A stretch of 64,000 nt of DNA from Eledone cirrhosa. Its lineage: Eukaryota. This document shows, piece by piece, positions 1-10,308 of the stretch. Position numbers and translations under genes: made by a program. The notes below the pieces were generated by a model. The model saw only the letters and a list, made by a program, of their open reading frames with translations. It did no database searches and was not told the origin of the DNA. Positions within the stretch are counted from its first letter, which is position 1. Each line of letters starts with the position of its first letter. Location: NCBI GenBank assembly GCA_964016885.1, contig OZ024759.1, positions 5,270,001 through 5,334,000 on the forward strand. Direction: 5' to 3'.

Positions 1-3000
1 TGTCTGACCTCAGCCCTTTCAGCCTCGTCCACCATACAACTTCTTTAGCCATGGCTACCACACAGAGAAAAACCGCCTCTCCTTCGTTTTTGAAAGGGGG
101 AGGCGGTTTGATCGTGACAATGGACTCGGTGGTCAACCGGATTGGTCCCACCCTCGACAGTAGTCGTTCCACATAGCCCCACAGGTCAGCAATGCCTGGG
201 CAGTGTACGAATGCGTGCGCAACGGTTTCGTCATCATGCACGCATCTCGGACAGATCTTATTCAAAGGATCTCTACCCAGGCTCCCATGTCTGTGGAGCT
301 TGTCTCGAACGGGTAGAGCCCCTCGGTAGCACTGCCAAGCCAGGGACTTTTGGAAGTTGTCCATCGGTCCAGGGCCAAACGTCCTACCGAACAGACTGGC
401 CAGTTCATCTTCCTCCATGCCTAGAGCTTCTCCGAGAGCATCGTCGCACCTGCTGCGTACCAACCCTCTATAGAATGTCGAGGTGGAGTCTCCACTGATT
501 GCCGGGTCCGCTTTCCAGAGGGCCGTGAGCGCCTGGGCACATTCAATGTGCCAGTCGCCCACTTTTCTCGGTCTTTGCTTGACCCAGGATTGCAGCTCGG
601 TGAGCGAGACGAGTCTGGGAAAGGCTCGCCTCACAAACGGGGCCCACACCGGTTGACCGGTGAGGAATACCTGGAGGTGCCGTAGCCTTAATGCGTGTTT
701 ACGCATCTGTAGCCACGGCATCCCCAGCCCTCCTTTCGAAGGGTGTTGACAGCAGATGGATCTCCTCACCAAAGGGGTCCGCTTGTTCCAAAGAAATTGG
801 AACAGCGCGCACTCCATTTTGGCGAGTCTTTTCACTGGGCAAGGCACGACGGTCAAGCGGTAGTAGATGACGGATGCTATATAAGTATTCGCCACCTCCG
901 CTCGACCTTTCAGGGATAGTTTGCACTGGGCCCACTTCTGGGTGAGTGCAAACACCCTGGCCGTTACCTCGTTCCAGTTTTTCTCCACCTGGAGGTCTGG
1001 TCCGAACCAGACCCCAAGCAGCTTCACCGGGCCCTCCGTCCAGCGTCCGACGACGTCGTTGGAGGGCATCGGTTTGCCTCTCCATGTTCCGAGTTGCAAA
1101 CCGACGGACTTGTCCCGGTTCAGCTTGGCTCCTGTAAACCTTTCATATTCCTCCAGTAAGGTGCCGATCTCACCGATTTGCGAGGTTTTCGACACCATTA
1201 CTGTCACGTCATCGGCGTAGGCCGACGCCGCTTTCTGCAATCCCGGTTCCAAAGGGATGCCCTGCAACCGCTCCAACTTCCGCAGTAGTGGCTCAAGAGC
1301 CAGCACATACAGTAGGGAGGAGAGAGGGCATCCCTGTCGGATGGATCGCATGATTTGGAACGGCTCCGAGAGGTGGCCGTTCACCTTGACCCTTGAGCAG
1401 ACGTTGCTGCTGTGCATCGCAGCAATCCAACCCCTGAAAACGGGTCCGAAGCCTGCCGCCGCGAGCACCGCATCCAGGTAACGATGGTCAACCCTATCGA
1501 AAGCTTTAGATTGATCCAAGTTGATCAGGGCCCCACCAAAGCCGGGTTCATTCCCTACCCTCTCTATGATGTATCGCATAAGGTGGAGATTGTCGTGAAT
1601 GGACCTGGACGGGATTGCGCATGTCTGCGCTTCTCCCACCAGGTTTCCAACGACAAGCGCCAACCTCTTCGCTAACACCTTGGCCAAAATCTTTAACTCT
1701 GTATTTAGCAGAGTTATGGGCCTGAAGTTACTTATGTCATCCCCCTTGTTCTCATCCTTCCTCACCAGCGTAACTACGCCCTTGGTCACAGAACTGGGAA
1801 TTCTCCCGTTCTGCTGCCAGTTGCAGTAGACCGCTTCGAGGATATCGGAGAACAAGGCCGGCATCGCTACATATAGCTCGTATGGTAGACCATCGAGACC
1901 CGGGGATTTGCGTTTGCCGCATTGGCTCAGCGCCGCCCCTATCTCAGCAGCTGAAATCGTCCTTTCGCAGGACTTCGCCTCCGCGTCCGAGAGGCGCGGC
2001 AGACCGTCGAGGTATGGATTGAAATCCATAGTCTCACCCGGCGCGCCGCCCCTCTCGAACAGTCGTGCAAAGTGCCGCTGAAAGGCCGCACACATCTGCC
2101 CAGGTTCAAGGATCACACGCCCATCCTGGTCCTTCAAAGACCGAATCGTGGACTTGTTCCCACTTTTTGCCTCTATCACTCGGGCCCAGCTTACAGCTTT
2201 GGCTCCCTCATTACCCAGAGCACGTATTTTACTCCTGACAACGCAGCCTTCATGCTTCACCTCAAAGAACTGGTCTAAGGCCATTCTTGATGCCAGCACG
2301 CCGGCTACATTGCCACTCCTAATCGCCTCTTCTACTCTATCTACTAATTCCCTTTCCGTCTTGTTCCTATCCCTTGCTAATTCCTGACTAAAACCTATCG
2401 ATTCTATTCTAATTGCTCTCTTAAGAGAGCTCCACCACCTGTTGTTGACAATTGCCCCTGTCAAATTCTGCTTAACTAACGTGCTAATCCGTTTACTGTA
2501 AGCTTTGCTTCTCGGTAAGGACAAGTTCAGCTTCCAGTAACCGGGTCCCTGTCTATGGGTTCTATCAAGGTTGGCTATGCAGGTCACTAACTTGTGATCC
2601 GAATAGTCAACCATGAACATTTTTGGACAGCTAAATGTGTCCCTATCGTTCTCTCTAACTAGGACCCTATCTAGGTACGACCTAGATGTTCCACTGCGAT
2701 TGGTCCACGTCCATAGTGGTACAGTCGGAAAATCTAGTCGATATCTATCGGCCAGGTCAAATCGGCCGATTAACCTTTTGAGGCTTTTACACCCCCCTCT
2801 ATTGGCACATGCCCCTACATAGTCCCAACGTGCATCCAGGATACCATTCCAGTCCCCCACTAAAAGCAAGGAGCGGGACGTTCCCAGAAAAGTTTCCAGA
2901 CGTTGGAAGTATTCCGGCCGCGCTGCCCAAAAAGGGGCGTACGCAGCAATTAGTCTAAGGGCTCCACTTTCACTACTGCCGACTTCTAAAACCACCAGTC

Positions 3001-3274
3001 GACCCTCCGGGTCCAGGTGCACCTTCTGTATGGTGAGGCTCAGGTATTTTCGCAGCAGAACGACAACTCCACCCCCACCCCCCGGTTGACAGAGAGATGC
3101 GAAGATCTCAAAGTCGTCGAAGAGGGGCGCCAGTTGGCGCTCGCTGCTGATCCTGGACTCGCAAATAGTCATTACATCCATTCTATGCGACCTGAGATCG
3201 TTTAAAAGTTTGCCTTGTTTCCAAGACAGTCCCAGGCCACGTACATTCAGACACCCAACTCTTATATCAGCCAT
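1..3274 (-). CDS. Tx1/L1-clade LINE ORF2 (APE endonuclease, reverse transcriptase, C-terminal zinc knuckle); runs off the window start
   Basis: ATG at 3274 gives MADIRVGCLNVRGL...VMTICES...LIAAYAP...LLVGDWN...SYLDRV...YSDHKLV (APE motifs). RT motif AYADDVT at ~1204-1222 and CPRC-x-ETVAHAFVHC at ~200-253 are in the same frame as the ATG (offsets divisible by 3). The ORF track lists nothing in this frame, consistent with no stop before the window edge. Confidence 0.92.
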   Translation of the reverse strand, partial: MADIRVGCLNVRGLGLSWKQGKLLNDLRSHRMDVMTICESRISSERQLAPLFDDFEIFASLCQPGGGGGVVVLLRKYLSLTIQKVHLDPEGRLVVLEVGSSESGALRLIAAYAPFWAARPEYFQRLETFLGTSRSLLLVGDWNGILDARWDYVGACANRGGCKSLKRLIGRFDLADRYRLDFPTVPLWTWTNRSGTSRSYLDRVLVRENDRDTFSCPKMFMVDYSDHKLVTCIANLDRTHRQGPGYWKLNLSLPRSKAYSKRISTLVKQNLTGAIVNNRWWSSLKRAIRIESIGFSQELARDRNKTERELVDRVEEAIRSGNVAGVLASRMALDQFFEVKHEGCVVRSKIRALGNEGAKAVSWARVIEAKSGNKSTIRSLKDQDGRVILEPGQMCAAFQRHFARLFERGGAPGETMDFNPYLDGLPRLSDAEAKSCERTISAAEIGAALSQCGKRKSPGLDGLPYELYVAMPALFSDILEAVYCNWQQNGRIPSSVTKGVVTLVRKDENKGDDISNFRPITLLNTELKILAKVLAKRLALVVGNLVGEAQTCAIPSRSIHDNLHLMRYIIERVGNEPGFGGALINLDQSKAFDRVDHRYLDAVLAAAGFGPVFRGWIAAMHSSNVCSRVKVNGHLSEPFQIMRSIRQGCPLSSLLYVLALEPLLRKLERLQGIPLEPGLQKAASAYADDVTVMVSKTSQIGEIGTLLEEYERFTGAKLNRDKSVGLQLGTWRGKPMPSNDVVGRWTEGPVKLLGVWFGPDLQVEKNWNEVTARVFALTQKWAQCKLSLKGRAEVANTYIASVIYYRLTVVPCPVKRLAKMECALFQFLWNKRTPLVRRSICCQHPSKGGLGMPWLQMRKHALRLRHLQVFLTGQPVWAPFVRRAFPRLVSLTELQSWVKQRPRKVGDWHIECAQALTALWKADPAISGDSTSTFYRGLVRSRCDDALGEALGMEEDELASLFGRTFGPGPMDNFQKSLAWQCYRGALPVRDKLHRHGSLGRDPLNKICPRCVHDDETVAHAFVHCPGIADLWGYVERLLSRVGPIRLTTESIVTIKPPPPFKNEGEAVFLCVVAMAKEVVWWTRLKGLRSD

Positions 3275-3279
3275 GTTGG

Positions 3280-5043
3280 TTAAAAGAGGAAGGACCTACC
3301 TGTTCGGCTCCTGAGGAGCAGGTTGCACAATATCCATGGGCGTATTGGAGGGATTGTTTGGTGGGGTGTTGTTTTGTGGTGGGGTGGGGTGGGGGTGTTT
3401 GGTGAGGTGTGGGTGGGGAAACGTTTCAAGAGGACGCGGTTATAGGGTCGAGTACATGTTTTCCCCACGTCCTCAGGAAAGTTCTCTCTTAGTTTTGCAT
3501 AGGTGTCCATTGGGAGTCTTATCATTTTTAAATGCGGTTTGTTGGCCGCGCTTGCAAAGAATTGCCCTTCAGTTTCCACCGAAGGGTCTTTGTGTATTGT
3601 TTTTACTAGTTCTCTGTTATTTGTGTTAATGTATGTATACTGTTTTATTTGTGTTGTGTTTGTTTGTTGTTCTTGTGTGTGCTTGCGTTTTGTTGTATGT
3701 GTTATGTTTTGGGGCGGGGCGGATTTTGTTTGTTCTGTTTGTTTTGTTTTTGTTGGTGGTTGTGTGTTTCTTTCATTTATGTTCGAGTGGTGCTTTCTTT
3801 TTTTCCTTTTTACAGGTTGGAAGGGTCCCCCCCTCTTCGTCACTAGGTGCTATTTCAGCTGGGTCCTCGTCCGTGCTGTCGGGTAGTGGTGTATTTTGGG
3901 GTTTTGTTGTGTTTGTGTGTGTTTTTGGAGTTGCTTTGGGTGGGGCCGTGTCTTGTGTTATTTTTCCGTGTTGTTTTTTGTTGTTGTTGTGGTGGTGGTA
4001 GTGGTGGTGGTGGCGGTGGTAGTGTGTGGGGTGTAGGCAAAAGAGCCTTTTTTTTGTCAATTGAGGGCAGGCAGCCCTTAGATGACCCCTGCTTGAACAG
4101 TAGTAACATATGGGCCTCCTACCCTGGGCTGAAATGTATATAAATGTTTCTCCATCGAGGGACACCCTCTGTGGTATTCTAGCTATTCGTTCTGGTCTCA
4201 TTTGGACCAGAACCTCCACGCTCAAACCGCAGAAAACGTCTGTGGTGACTTCTCCTACTGAAAGGATTCCGTCCTCGTCTTCTAAAAATCCTGTTAGTAC
4301 CCAGGAAATGCATTAATTTGGCCGGATTCCGGAGACTCTTATTTTCTGCGTTCTTTTCCCCAAATATGTGGGGAGAAATGTGTGTAGCTTGGAAACAATT
4401 GGCGACACAGAGTATTTCCTGGCCGTCAATTGATCCTTCATTAGCACCGTTATATTCCCATAGAGTGGCCCTTTTTGTATGAACGATATATCACTCCACA
4501 CACTTTTTAGGACCAGCTCAATTTCTTTTGGGATAATTGAGCTGGTTTCCTTGTTATGTTGGAAATTGTTCTGAAAGATATCGTTCTTAGTGTCGTGTCT
4601 CTTTTGATTTCTTGTGGGGAGGTGATTGTGAAGTCTCCTCCTTCTTTGAAAGTTACATACTGTTTTGCTTCCTTCATCTTTTCTCTCAGAGTTGTAATGT
4701 CCAGTTGCTTGCAGGTCTGTGTTTTCCGGACCGCCTGTGCAAAGGAGGCACCAGTAGTGGGTTCGCTTTGTTTGGTGTTATCGTTATTTTTTCCTTGGTT
4801 GGTGTTGTGACTATTGCTGTTGTTGATCATGCTGTTATTGTCATTGTTGTTTTTGTCTGCGTTTATGTGACTTTCTGGGTTTTCACCCATTTTTACAAAT
4901 TTTTCTTTTAATTCCGTGTTCCATGTTTCTTTATCAGAAGTGAGGAGGGAAGACTTAGAGCCTTGTGCTTCTAGCTTCTCTGTATCACCTTTCTTAGGGG
5001 GCGTGGCTTTCTTGTTAGGATGAGATGTGAAAATTCCGTCCAT
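3280..5043 (-). pseudogene. LINE ORF1 (CCHC zinc-knuckle protein), disrupted
   Basis: Pieces 4507-5136, 4313-4501, 3773-4225 and 3280-3843 lie in series upstream of ORF2. Contains CYYCSSRGHLRAAC (CX2CX4HX4C) and a Pro/Thr/Gln-rich tail. Frameshift in an A-run near 4525, in-frame TAA at 4313-4315 and further shifts near 4050/3840. Final TAA at 3280-3282 lies 5 nt before the ORF2 ATG. Confidence 0.8.
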
Positions 5044-5253
5044 TTCTATCAGTTTGCCGTAATAAATTTTTAAAAGGAAAATTCGCCCCAAAAAGGGGCG
5101 AAAATAAATAAACTCAAAGTTTGACGACCAAGGCAAGGGGTTAACGTATATTACAGTATAAAAAAATTAATCAAAACTCACTTTTGAGTAAGTAAATCCA
5201 ACTCGGTAGCCGAGCTTGTTCACACACGTCAACACACGTCTCTCGTATACGAG

Positions 5254-5768
5254 ATGTTATGTGAGATATTATGTGAGGTAAAGCCTTTACTGTGAAAATA
5301 CAATAGTATATATAGAGTAATGTAAATGTTATGTGAGATATTATGTGAGGTAAAGCCTTTACTGTGAAAATACAATAGTATATATAGAGTAATGTAAAAG
5401 CTATGTGAGATATTATGTGAGGTAAAGCCTTTACTGTGAAAATACAATAGTATATATAGAGTAATGTAAATGTTACGTGAGATATTATGTGAGGTAAAGC
5501 CTTTACTGTGAAAATACAATAGTATATATAGAGTAATGTAAATGTTACGTGAGATATTATGTGAGGTAACGCCTTTACTGTGAAAATACAATAGTATATA
5601 TAGAGTAATGTAAATGTTATGTGAGGTATTATGTGAGGTAAAGCCTTTACCACAAAAATACAATAGTATATATAGAGTAATGTAAATGTTATGTGAGGTA
5701 TTATGTGAGGTAAAGCCTTTACTGTGACAATACAATAGTATATATAGAGTAATGTAAATGCTAAAGAG
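5254..5768. repeat. 72-bp tandem array (~7 copies) from the right subterminal part of a piggyBac-type MITE
   Basis: GAGGTAAAGCC(-like) recurs at 5275, 5347, 5419, 5491, 5563, 5635 and 5707. The array ends in AATGCTAAAGAG-TTAA, matching the MITE terminus AATGCTAAAGGG-TTAA at 6270-6285. Confidence 0.92.
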
Positions 5769-5854
5769 TTAAAACATAACTTAACAAATGTTCTTACATA
5801 AAGTTAGGATAGAAGGTTTTAAGATAGTTATAAACATTTTATCATAAACTAAGA

Positions 5855-6395
5855 TGCGTGGCTCTGTGTTTAGAGTATTCGCCTCACAATCGTAAGGTCA
5901 TGAGTTTGTTTACCAGCGGAGTGTTGTGTCCTTGAGCAAGACACTTTATTTCATATTATTCCAGTTCACTCAGCTGGCAAAAATGAGTTGTACCTGTAAT
6001 TCAAAGGGTCAGCCTTGTCACACTCTGTGTCATGCTGAATCTCCCTGAGAGCTATGTTAACCCTTTAGCATTTAAACTGGCCATATCCGGCCAGAATTCT
6101 CTCACATCTTTCTGTTCAAACCAGCCATAACTGGCTGCTCATACTTATGTGAAGGTATTGTTCTCAAAATATATAATATCAAAATCTCATAGATTTGATA
6201 TTATGTGAGATAATTATGTAAGATAAAGCCTTTACCACAAAAATGTAATATTAGATATGGAGTAATGTAAATGCTAAAGGGTTAAGGGTATGCATGTCTG
6301 TGGAATACTCAGCCACTTGCACGTTAATTTCATGAACAGGCTGTTCCAGTAATAGTGTCAACTGGAACACTCATTGTTGTAACCGACAGTGCCAG
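5855..6395 (+). mobile_element. tRNA-derived CORE-like SINE, split by a MITE
   Basis: Degenerate A/B-box head followed by TTGTGTCCTTGAGCAAGACACTTTATTTCA, shared with copies at ~8280 and ~20820. SINE sequence resumes after the TTAA at 6282-6285. Confidence 0.75.
6061..6281. mobile_element. piggyBac-type MITE (221 bp)
   Basis: TTAA|CCCTTTAGCATTT ... AAATGCTAAAGGG|TTAA: perfect 13-bp TIR with a TTAA target duplication. Confidence 0.9.
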
Positions 6396-6799
6396 TTCAA
6401 GTTCAAGGGGTAGAGTTGATTCAGACAGTTTGGTATCCAAACAGTTAAACAATTAGGAACATGTGTGTTTCATGCCAATTATAAATAAATGTCTTTAGTA
6501 AATGGTGACATTCTAGAACAGAGGTTCTCAAACTTTTTCGGGCCATCGCCCCCCACACGGCCTTGTAATACCCTCTAAAACACCACACCTATTTCCAGAG
6601 AGACCTACCTACAAGCAAATTGTAAATAATATAAAAAAAAGGAACGATTGACTTTCGTCAAATCGGACCGAGGAAACAATGTTTCCGTTGGTCTTTCCAA
6701 TTGCTAATACTATCTATCGGTCGCAACTCCAGGTCGAAGGAGCAACGTGAAATAAAGTAAATAATATATAATACATAAAATGGTTGATATATAATAAAT

Positions 6800-6965
6800 A
6801 ATTCTTTCTACTTTTGGCACAAGGCCAGCAATTACTCCAGTGTATTACTGGTACTGTATTTTATCGACCCAGTAAAGGTGAAAGGCAAAATTAACCTAGG
6901 AGGGATTTAAACTCAGATAATAAAGGGCCGTAACTCTATGCTGCAAAGCATGGTGTCCTACCTTC
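6800..6965 (-). mobile_element. tRNA-derived SINE (second family), nested in the hAT element
   Basis: Similar to the full copy at 11872-12059 (TTTCTACTTTTGGCACAAGGCCAGCAATTAC...TTTTATCGACC...GAAAGGCAAA). Confidence 0.8.
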
Positions 6966-7136
6966 TATAATATATCGACAGTCGATCAACTTCCATCAAA
7001 TTGGACCACGGAATCAATGCTTCCATTGGTCTTTCCAATTGCTAATACTATCTATCAGTTGCAACTCCAGGTAGAAAGAACAAGCTCACAACCTCACGAT
7101 TGCAAATCCGATTCTCTAATCACTCAGCCTTCACTA

Positions 7137-7530
7137 TCATCATCATTATCATCATTTTACATCCGCTTTTCCCTGCTTGTAAGGGTGGGACAGGTCTTAT
7201 TAAACACAGCATCTCTCCATTTGTCACGGTTCCTTGTCATCTCCTCCATGAGCTTCAGTGATCTGAGGTCTGCTCTCACCACCTCTGCCCATGTTTTTCG
7301 TGATCTTCCTCTACTGTGTCTTCCTTCTACTGTGATTTCTTGGCAGTTCTTTACCCAGCTGTCATCCACCATGCGCATCACATGTCCATACCAACACAGT
7401 CTTCTCTCCCACACACTACAACTTATCCCTCTTATACACAGTTTCTCTCTCAACTCGTCTATACTTTGTCGTTCACACACATTGACATCACACATGCAAC
7501 AGCATATACTTGCTTCATTTCTATCCACTA
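7137..7530 (-). mobile_element. 5'-truncated RTE LINE fragment (ORF C-terminus and GAT tail)
   Basis: RRLCWYGHVMRM...GRHSRGRSRKTWAEVVRADL followed by a (GAT)n tail (TCATCATCA on +). Confidence 0.88.
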
Positions 7531-7777
7531 TATAATATATACTATGTATCAATAAATATCATATACTTTTTTTATTTTACTATATTTATATATAAAATTT
7601 ATCATTTGATATTTGATATACTATTATATCCTCTCCACCCCCATCCTTAAGCCCCAGCACCCCTCTTGGGGCAGTAGCACCCACTTTGAGAACCTCTGTT
7701 CTAGAGGGAAGTGAAATTGTAAAGTGTAACAGGCAAGAAGACAACATTTTTCCAAACAAACAAAAAAACCAACTTAC

Positions 7778-8035
7778 TATCAATATAGTTATAATATATC
7801 CTTAGTTGGGAAATATCGTATGTTTGTCTGAGTTCAAGAGTCCACAATGATGTTGGAGAGCTCATTGTATGAGAACAAGATCTGTGTTGTGGGTTTTGAT
7901 CGAAGTTACCATCTACAGCCAGGTTAGCTGACATTGAGTACATTTCATTGCGACAAACATTGTTTTTCATTAGAATTACACTGCTTGTTTTGTCTGTCGT
8001 GGTTTGTGTAGCTACTTTACCAATAGCTATATTTC
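7778..8035 (-). CDS. Internal exon: N-terminal half of an F-type lectin / galactose-binding-like domain
   Basis: TTTTTCAG acceptor, GTAAGT donor, 258 bp, phase 1-1, open: RNIAIGKVATQTT...ANLAVDGNFDQNPQHRSCSHTMSSPTSLWTLELRQTYDISQLRIYYNYID. Confidence 0.85.
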
Positions 8036-8204
8036 CTGAAAAAGAATGAAAGAAAATTTAATGAAAGTCAATTACTATGAAATGAAATGGATCTCAGTCA
8101 GTTGAAACGATGATTGATCCAGTGGGAAAAGACAAATTGTTTTCTATATACTAAACTTTTGAAATATCTTTTACGTTATCTCTAAATTATTCCATATTTC
8201 CAGT

Positions 8205-8601
8205 AGAGGCATGTGGCCTAGTGTTAAGTGTGTTGGACTTACAATCATAATGTCATGGGTTCGATTTCTGGGGTGGGTTGTGTGTTGTGTTCTTGAGCAA
8301 AACACTTCATTTCACGTTGCTCCAGTATACTCTGCTGAAAATGAGCACCAGCAATAACTGTGGAGGGTGTAACCCTGCAATGGACTGATGTCCTGTCCAG
8401 GAGGAAGTCTTGTACTCACAGTCGCTTTATGCCATGAAACCAGGATAAGCATTGGCCTAATGAGCCTTCAGGCTTGAGACAGTATAGTCCTATACGAACG
8501 AGACACGGTCACCCGACCAATCTTGCCTCAATTGGGACAACTCCTGACTAACCCATGCTAGCATGGAAGATAGATGTAAACGATGATGATGATGATGATG
8601 A
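8205..8601 (+). mobile_element. CORE-like SINE followed by an RTE-type 3' tail with (GAT)n
   Basis: TGGCCTAGTGTTAAG A-box-like and GGTTCGATTTC B-box, then the CORE-like TGTTCTTGAGCAAAACACTTCATTTC. Tail CTAACCCATGCTAGCATGGAAG...AAACGATGATGAT matches 15552-15600. Confidence 0.75.
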
Positions 8602-8666
8602 TATAGCAACCTCAGCCTCAACAGCGACAGCAACAACAACGGCATGATAATTAGAAATCTACTTAC

Positions 8667-8810
8667 TATAGGTTTTTACTTGGCAATCCGGTCCGGTCCA
8701 TCCTTCTTCACAGCCATATGGGCAAGCCCCAGTTTGTTGATGGCAGTCAGCATCGTTTAAACAATGGCATTGCTTGTTACAAGTATATCCATACCATTGA
8801 GATGCACAAC
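8667..8810 (-). CDS. Internal exon: EGF-like (MEGF10/Draper-type) repeat
   Basis: TTTAACATAG acceptor, GTAAGT donor, 144 bp, phase 1-1: GCASQWYGYTCNKQCHCLNDADCHQQTGACPYGCEEGWTGPDCQVKTY. Splices in frame to 8035. Confidence 0.9.
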
Positions 8811-8878
8811 CTATGTTAAAAGTTAGAATTTATCACACTGATGGACTACATTTCCACAGTTCTCTCTCATCTACAGTT

Positions 8879-9767
8879 AATTGTTTCTACTATTTGGCAC
8901 AAGGTACCAGTAATACACAGGGGTAATTGCTGAATTACCTCAGTGCATTACTGGAACTTTATTTTATTGACCCCCCATAAGAATGAAAGGCAAACCTTGG
9001 CGGGTTTGAAATCAGAACGTAAAGGTCCATAACTCTATGCTGCAAAGCATGGTGTCTGACACTCTACGGATTACTGCCAATCCAATAATAATAATTGTTT
9101 CTACTTTTGGCATAAGGCCAGCCAGCAATTACCCCCAGTGCATTACTGGTACTTTATTTTATCGACCTCCGTAAGAATGAAAGGCAAAGCTAACTTCAGC
9201 AGGATTTGAACTCAGAACGTAAAGGGCCATAATTCTATGCTGCAAAACATGGTGTCTGATGCTCTACGGATTACTGCCAGTCCAATCCAGCAATTACCCC
9301 CAGTGCATTACTGGTACTTTATTTTATCGACCCCTGTAAGGATGAAAGGCAAAGTTAACCTCGGCGGGATTTGAACTCAGAACATAAAGGGCCGTAAACA
9401 TGATGTCTGACACTCTACCGATTACTGCCAGTCTCACATAATTATCTCACCTAATATTATGGTCTGAGTTCAAATCCCGTCAAGGATAACTTTACCATTC
9501 ATCCTTACGGGGGTCGATAAAATAAAGTACCAGTAATACACTAGGGTATTTGCTGGTCTTGTGCCCCCAAAAGTAGAAACATAATATTGAATATATTAGA
9601 TTTTGATATTATCTATTTTGAGAACATTATCTTAACATTAATAAGGGCGGTGGGTTGGCAGTATCGGTGGAGGGTCGGACGCCATGCTTTCCAGCATAGA
9701 GTTACGGCCCTTTACGATCTGAGTAATGCACTGGGTCATTGCTGGCCTTGTGCCCAAAGTAGAAACA
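8879..9767. mobile_element. Cluster of five copies of the second tRNA-SINE family (three minus, two plus), partly inside a MITE
   Basis: Minus copies at ~8879-9085, ~9094-9282 and ~9288-9431; plus copies at ~9461-9580 and 9644-9767. The last is flanked by the 18-bp TSD ATTATCTTAACATTAATA (9626-9643 / 9768-9785). Confidence 0.85.
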
Positions 9768-9866
9768 ATTATCTTAACATTAATATGAACGGCTGGTTAC
9801 AGCCAGTTTGAACAGAAAGAGGTGAGAGAATTCTGGCCAGATACAGTCGCTTTAAATGCTAAAGGG
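9433..9866 (-). mobile_element. Inverted copy of the piggyBac-type MITE, fragmented by SINE insertions
   Basis: Terminus AAATGCTAAAGGG|TTAA at 9854-9870. Segments 9433-9459, 9581-9643 and 9786-9866 are reverse complements of parts of 6061-6220. Confidence 0.75.
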
Positions 9867-9927
9867 TTAACAGTCACAGTTTGTAGAGATTAACAACTAA
9901 AGTTTGAATGAATAAAGATCAACAGAC

Positions 9928-10077
9928 CTGATAATGATAATGTTTCGATACAGGTACCCTCTCCTTTTATAGAAATAGACCAAGCGTTTACATCCCCTGA
10001 ACAGCTCAAAGGTCTGGTTGTACATATTGATTTACAAAAGGGTTCCTTAGATTTGTCAAAAAATACCAAAACTGTCT
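9928..10077 (-). CDS. Internal exon: probable C-terminal half of a preceding lectin-like domain
   Basis: CTTCTCATTTCAG acceptor, weaker GTCTGT donor, 150 bp, phase 1-1, open: TVLVFFDKSKEPFCKSICTTRPLSCSGDVNAWSISIKGEGTCIETLSLS. Joins in frame to the EGF exon. Confidence 0.7.
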
Positions 10078-10120
10078 CTGAAATGAGAAGTGTAAATATA
10101 TATATATATATATATATATA

Positions 10121-10308
10121 TCATCATCATCATCATCAACGTTTAACGTCCGTGTTCCACGCTTGCATGGGTTTGGACGGGGGTATTCCCACTTGAGGCA
10201 AGAGTGATTGTCTTGCTCGCATAGGACTGTCTGGCAGGTTTTCTACAGTTGGATGCCCTTCCTAACACCAACCACATTTACAGTGTGGGACTGGGAGGTT
10301 TTTACCGT
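10121..10308 (-). mobile_element. RTE 3' UTR fragment containing most of the 111-bp satellite monomer
   Basis: (TCA)n tail next to (TA)n. 10223-10308 reads GGACTGTCTGGCAGGTTTTCTACAGTTGGATGCCCTTCCTAACACCAACCACATTTACAGTGTGGGACTGGGAGGTTTTTACCGT. Confidence 0.9.

Larger units (their letters stand above)
1..5253 (-). mobile_element. Tx1/L1-clade non-LTR retrotransposon, apparently 5'-complete; 3' end outside the window
   Basis: ORF1 + ORF2 architecture with a ~200-bp 5' UTR ending at the palindrome TCTCGTATACGAGA (5241-5254), next to the 72-bp array. Confidence 0.85.
6519..7698. mobile_element. hAT (Charlie-like) non-autonomous element carrying nested inserts
   Basis: TIRs CAGAGGTTCTCAAA / TTTGAGAACCTCTG. 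8-bp TSD TTCTAGAA / TTCTAGAG fits the NTCTAGAN target of Charlie-type hATs. Internal ~85-bp duplication (~6650-6737 vs ~6988-7075). Confidence 0.85.

Noticed and set aside
142-4911. Plus-strand ORFs, including hydrophobic Cys/Val/Phe-rich ones at 3336-4143
   Set aside because: They are antisense shadows of LINE ORF1/ORF2 and of its A/C-rich low-complexity tract.
5171-5735. 160-168 aa repetitive membrane-like ORFs
   Set aside because: They are translations of the 72-bp MITE-derived array.
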